Origin: Candidatus Omnitrophota bacterium
GTDB taxonomy: Bacteria > Omnitrophota > Gorgyraeia > Pluralincolimonadales > Pluralincolimonadaceae
Direction: 5' to 3'
Assembly (NCBI GenBank): GCA_043798215.1
Contig: JAZDOX010000075.1
Span: 1-55,529 of the forward strand
DNA: 55,529 nucleotides
Part shown: positions 50,859-55,529 of the stretch, one piece after another
How the letters are laid out: each line of letters begins with the position of its first letter
Numbering within the stretch: the stretch's first letter is position 1
Translations under genes and position numbers: made by a program
The notes under the pieces: model-generated
Databases searched by the model: none
What the model saw: the letters and a program-made list of their open reading frames with translations, nothing else
What the model was told of the DNA's origin: nothing

Positions 50859-53292
50859 GTGAGAAAACTGGCAGTAGTTTTGGCGGTAATCGGTTATGTG
50901 TTTTCTTTTTCCCACATTGTTTTTGCGGCTCAGGAAAGTATCGTTGCGGATCATCAGGCTTACGGAACGAACGGAGATCCCTTAAATGAAGGAGCTGTCT
51001 TTACGGGAGATTTCAATTATGATGTCGGCGATGGCGACAATTTAGGCCAAACAGGGACCGTTAGCATTGATGGCGGCGAAGCTTCCTTCCCTGATACAGG
51101 AACGGTTAATTTTGTCGGAGGTTCGGTATTACAAGGAAGCATCGGTGAAAATATAGACATAATCAAAGCCATTAATTGTAATGGTATTGCCGGAAAGACT
51201 GTTCAGGTCGGCGCGGCTGCCGGAGCCGATTCGTTTATTACCGCCGTTACAATTGCAGGGGCGGGCACCCTGAATCTTGACGGCAGTCTTTTTGCGGATA
51301 CTCTTGCTTATACCGCTGATGGCCTCGTTACAATAGCCGATAATGAAGATATTTTCGCTGATATTACTACGGCTACCGGCGGCACAGGCGCCCTTACAAT
51401 AGAAGGAACCTCGACTATCACTGGAGATGTCGGCGCCAGCGGAGCTGAACTCAAGAAAATTAATGCCGGCAATAATGGTGAAGTTGTTGCTTTCACGGGG
51501 AATATTTATACTGCTAACCTCGCGCTTGTAGGGACATCTACGGTAACAATCGCGGCGGGCAAAAATATCAACAATATTGTTACCGCCGGCACAAATGGCC
51601 AGGGAGCTTTGACCTATCTCGGCAGTTCGACAACCGGCGGAAATATTGGAAATGCTGCGGGTAATGCGCTTGCGGCCGTTAATATAAATGGCGGAACCTT
51701 AAGCCTTGGCCACAATATTACGGCGACTACCGCCACGGCGAATAATAATGCCGTATGTTCGTTAACCGGCAACAGAACGATAACAGGCGATATGACACTT
51801 GCAGGAACCAGCACATTAAATGTCGGCATAAATACACTTACTTTAGCCGGCACGGGTATATACACTCAGGGGGCAAACACGACACTCGCGGTTGGTGTCG
51901 CCGGGTCAACTTCAGGTCAGATAGTTGGCGCGGGTAACGCGGTAGTTAACGCGAACAGCGCGGTGGATATTGCCACAAACGGCGCTTATATCCCAAACGG
52001 AACAACGTATAGGGTTGTTGACGGAGCCGGCGGCGCGGGTGTAAATGTTCCTGCGACAATTACCGACAATGACGCATTTGTCAGCTTTAGCGCTAACAGT
52101 TCGAGTGGCGATTTGATATTGACCGCAAATCGCACCAATTCTTTTGATAAGATTGCCGCCAACGACAACGCGGCTGCCGTGGGCGCGGCGCTTGATTCAG
52201 CCGGAAAAGCGGGAGCTGTGGGCGATATGCTCACAGTTTTAAATACCTTGGAATCTTTGCCGGTTTCAGATGTAAGTTCTTCTCTCGATACTTTTGTGCC
52301 CACGGTTGATGCCGGCGCGATAAACGCGACTACGGTAATGAACAGTAACTTTGTGAATTTTTCGGTTGAGAGAGCCGAGAGCGCGATGCGGATTGCGCGT
52401 GAGAGCGCGGATAAAGCGGAATCGGGATTTTCCGCCGGGGATAAAGAAAACTTAAACGGAATATGGGTAAAAGGATTTGGTTCTTATATAACGCAAGATA
52501 AACGAAAGGGAATAAAGGGGTATAACTCAACCACATTCGGCACAATTCTTGGGGTGGATCGCTCGTTTATGAATAGCGCCAGATTGGGGATTAGCGGCGG
52601 TTGGGCGGCCGGAGACGTGAATTCCGACGCAAATAATGGAAAGACGGATATAGATGGCGGACAGGCTACCGTTTACGGCGCTTACGATAACGAGGGCGCC
52701 CCCTTTTTTTGTAACTGCCGCCGGCTCATTCGGCTGGAACAAGTATAACGGAAAGAGAAATATCAATATAGGATCTACGATAAAGAGAACTACCAACGCG
52801 GACTATTCCGGGCGGCAATACGGCGCGTATATCGGAGGCGGTTATGACATAAAGGGCTACAGCAGCGCCACGCTGACGCCTCTTGTTTCTCTTCAATATA
52901 GCCATCTTAATCTGGATAGTTATACCGAAACAGGGGCGGATGCCCTTAATTTAAGCGTTAAAAAGCAGGGTTACGATACCTTGCAGTCGGGACTTGGCGT
53001 TCGGACGGAATATCCCATAGAGTTCAAGAATTTTACTCTGACAAGCGAGGTTCACGGTAAATGGCTTTATGATTTCTTTGGCGATGAAGTAACAATGACC
53101 TCGACTTTTACCGGCGGCGGCGCGTCCTTTGAGGCAAAGGGATATAAGCCGGCGCAGAGCAGCTTTGACGTCGGCACGAAGTTACTTTTGGCTCATAAGC
53201 AGGATCTTTCACTGACGGCGGAGTACGACGTTGAAGTAAAAGAAGACTTTGTGGGCCAACACGGGGCGGTTACCGTCAGGTATAATTTCTAA
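50859..53292 (+). pseudogene. Autotransporter (type Va) with beta-helical passenger; reading frame broken by 1 nt in a C5T7 tract
   Basis: GTG start with AGGAG RBS, and a signal peptide. The passenger is rich in G/T/A/N with repeated G.TLTLAG-type rungs. The translocator barrel ends VTVRYNF. Frame 0 (to 52748) and frame +1 (from 52654) overlap around 52699-52710. Removing one base gives ...NEGAPFFVTAAGSFGWNKY.... Confidence 0.8.
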
Positions 53293-54162
53293 TTGAGAAG
53301 AGCCGTAATAGCCAATTATAGCAGAGTGGCGATCGCGCTTTTGATGGCGCTGAATTCTTCCGGTTGTGTCGGCGCTCTCTCGTTTATCGACAGAAACACG
53401 GCCGCCGATGACGTAGCTTTTAAGGCAGGTTTTACCAAGAGATATCTTAAGGCTCCCCCATTTACCCTAACAGGATATAATAGATTCAATTCTTCCGGGA
53501 AACCTCTGCGAGTATATATAGAAGGAGATGGTTGCGCGTGGCAGTCAAGAAGAAGGTTGTCTATCGATCCAACTCCGAAGCAGCCTATGGCGCTGCGCTT
53601 GGCCGCCCTCGATGCTTACGATAATCTCGCCTATATCGCGCGACCAGGACAATACCTCGCCCCTGATTCGGTTCTTTGCGATCCTGCCTACTGGTCTCAA
53701 AGACGATTTTCTCCCGAAGTGGTTAATTCGTTAAATCAGAGTATAGACGAGCTTAAAAGAGATTCCGGCGCCTCAAAAATAGAACTTATCGGTTATTCGG
53801 GTGGAGGGGGGCTGTCAGTTCTCATAGCTTCGAAGAGGAATGATGTTTTAAGCGTAAGAACGATTGCCGGAAATCTGGATACCGAGGCGCTTTGCGAATA
53901 CCACAGAGTGAGTCCCTTGACCGGCTCGCTTAATCCTATTGACGCGGCGCGGGATATAGCGGCGATTCTTCAGTATCATTTTGTTGGAACTAAAGATGAC
54001 GTTGTTCCGCCGTTTATCGCCGAGAAATTTTTTAAAGTAAGCGGCCGCCCCAATACTATACGCGTAATATATGTTAAAGGCGCGACTCATACGGATGGTT
54101 GGCGCGAACATTGGCCGGATTTGCTCGATACGTTCGAGCAGTGTCCAAACCACGCTTTTTAG
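53293..54162 (+). CDS. Lipoprotein, alpha/beta-hydrolase fold
   Basis: TTG start directly after the autotransporter stop. Lipobox LNSSGC. Nucleophile elbow GYSGGG, and later D and H candidates (GTKDD, ATHTDGW). Confidence 0.6.
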   Translation: MRRAVIANYSRVAIALLMALNSSGCVGALSFIDRNTAADDVAFKAGFTKRYLKAPPFTLTGYNRFNSSGKPLRVYIEGDGCAWQSRRRLSIDPTPKQPMALRLAALDAYDNLAYIARPGQYLAPDSVLCDPAYWSQRRFSPEVVNSLNQSIDELKRDSGASKIELIGYSGGGGLSVLIASKRNDVLSVRTIAGNLDTEALCEYHRVSPLTGSLNPIDAARDIAAILQYHFVGTKDDVVPPFIAEKFFKVSGRPNTIRVIYVKGATHTDGWREHWPDLLDTFEQCPNHAF

Positions 54163-54194
54163 GGCACAGTAAAAATACATCAGTCAGTATTACT

Positions 54195-54665
54195 TTATAC
54201 ATGTTTTCCAAAACTCGCCAATTTCGGTTTGGCAAGTTTTTCGAAATCCCTATATTTTATCTTGACGGTATCGGTATGGTTTCCGCCGTTAAAGACAATC
54301 TCCTCATCTTCCTTTAATGTCTTATCCGCGTAGGTATCGAGGCCAAAGAGGCTTCCGAACGGAGGCATAGCGCCTACTTCATAATCCGGGATGATTTTTT
54401 CAATCTCCTTTTCGTTGGCTATCTTTAATTTCTTGCATTTTGCTATTTTCAAGAGTTTCTTTGTGTCGATAAGATAGATTGCCGGAAGGACCGCCAGAAT
54501 GTATTTTTCATCGGCTTTCACGAGAACTGATTTTAAGATTTGTCTTCCCGGCACGTCCTGCGCGGCGGCGATCTCCTGCGCCGTGTAGGCTAATTTGTGC
54601 TTGAGCGACTTGTATTTCACTTTGTTGGCGTCCAAAAATTTCTTTAATTTTGCCACGATAGCCAT
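54195..54665 (-). CDS. YbaK/ProX-type aminoacyl-tRNA deacylase
   Basis: LKSVLVKADEKYILAVLPA and VGAMPPFG motifs; about 155 aa as expected for the family. Confidence 0.8.
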   Translation of the reverse strand: MAIVAKLKKFLDANKVKYKSLKHKLAYTAQEIAAAQDVPGRQILKSVLVKADEKYILAVLPAIYLIDTKKLLKIAKCKKLKIANEKEIEKIIPDYEVGAMPPFGSLFGLDTYADKTLKEDEEIVFNGGNHTDTVKIKYRDFEKLAKPKLASFGKHV

Positions 54666-54948
54666 TTTGCCCCTCCTTTAATGAGTCCGCCTTAGGCGGA
54701 CGAATTAAATCCCGCACCCAGCAATCTACTTAACGATTCCTTAATTTTGTCTTAAGCGCGCTAATTGCCCGGCCGAAATTTTTTATCCGTATCTTCCTTT
54801 TTTATTGGGTGCGGGGTCAAATTCAGCCACAGCTTTCAGCTTATAATTTATGTTGCCAACACTTCCATAAATTATGGCTTCATTCGACCTCCTTTTTATT
54901 TAATCTCAAGATTACTACAACAATAATCACAAGTCAACGATTACCTAA

Positions 54949-55166
54949 GGTGGAGTTTCCCCAAAATTTTCTATCAATGTTACGGTTCTCGACTCGGCAG
55001 CGACTTTATTGTTCGAGCGCCGTCGAGAACTTAAAGTCGCTGCTTCGCTCGAACAATATCGCGCGGCTGTTTCTCCGCTTATAATATCTAAACTTTTTGT
55101 TTTCTGTAACTTATTTGAATTGGCCGTATTACAGAAAAACACTGCTAATTTTTGGGGAAACTCCAC
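54949..55166 (-). mobile_element. Family C element, copy C2
   Basis: TIR GGTGGAGTTTCCCCAAAATTT ... AATTTTTGGGGAAACTCCAC. Flanked by TTACCTAA (54941-54948) and TTACCTGA (55167-55174). Confidence 0.85.
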
Positions 55167-55389
55167 TTACCTGAGTTAGGTTTTTTCAGTGTGTCTTGCG
55201 GGCAAGGCGATCTACCTTGAAATTTAAGTTTCGGTTGCCTGCCGGTCCCGTTAGGTTAAAAGTTATTTTATGTTCTTTTTAAGCCAAGTATATGTTAAAA
55301 TATTTATCCAATTTCAATTATCGTCGCTTTTTTAGTAATTATTTTTTGTTCAGGAAAGTCGGACTTAATAAAAAATGAAATTAAAAAAA

Positions 55390-55529
55390 CTACTGCATTG
55401 TAAAATTAGTTTTCACTAATTGTCATTCCCGCAATCTTTTAGCGGGAATCCAGAAATGGGCGTGTCTGGATGCCCGATTAAAACATTCGGGCATGACAAA
55501 CTGCCAAGAACTAACTTTACAATGCACTA
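55390..55529 (-). mobile_element. Family F element, copy F3 (ends at the window edge)
   Basis: Reverse complement of F1/F2 with a few substitutions. Confidence 0.85.

Noticed and set aside
52654-53292. Independent 212-aa gene encoding only an autotransporter beta-domain.
   Set aside because: It overlaps the end of the passenger ORF in the +1 frame. The two frames join seamlessly at a homopolymer tract, so I treat it as one frameshifted gene.
54709-54818. Inverted repeat ATCCCGCACCCA / TGGGTGCGGGGT separated by 86 nt upstream of the YbaK-type gene, considered as another MITE or a structured leader.
   Set aside because: There is a single occurrence in the window and no further internal structure that I could see. 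The evidence is insufficient.

Overview
55.5-kb fragment that looks like an uncultivated diderm bacterium: it carries Mla lipid transport, an autotransporter, OMP beta-barrels and a PEP-CTERM signal. The phylum cannot be assigned from sequence alone. I call 43 protein-coding genes, 41 of them on the + strand (one is a frameshifted autotransporter). I found no rRNA, tRNA or CRISPR array.

Gene content from left to right:
- A glycan-utilisation locus: CBM-rich secreted proteins, a 1615-aa GH5 enzyme, a CUT1-type ABC importer and a LacI regulator.
- A four-gene operon at 13103-18552: two small secreted beta-sandwich paralogs, a triple Ig-like secreted protein, and a 939-aa outer-membrane protein with a secretin-type N domain.
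- Nucleotide, folate and tRNA housekeeping genes: rtcB, nrdJ, dcd, ogg, purH, folC, mnmE, folE.
- A twin ATP-grasp plus KamA-type radical-SAM aminomutase cluster.
- accA, then an RsbW/STAS pair fused to mlaE-mlaF-mlaD.
- A FecR-domain / OMP / CHASE2-PP2C module.
- spoVG-yraN-comM, then the frameshifted autotransporter.

Nearly every intergenic gap is filled with nested palindromic MITE-like repeats of at least eight families.

Main hunt results, in order of interest:
1. The 13103-18552 operon is my top candidate for an undescribed chaperone/usher-like surface-fibre system.
2. Repeat family A has 8 copies, and its core folds as a four-way junction with no linker nucleotides.
3. Families with interleaved (a-b-c-a'-b'-c') complementarity, flanked by target-site-duplication-like direct repeats.
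4. nrdJ and purH share a 5' leader built from TAAC motifs phased exactly every 8 nt, ending at the ribosome-binding site.
5. The uncharacterised ATP-grasp x2 + KamA cluster.

All functional calls come from motif recognition by eye. No database search was run.
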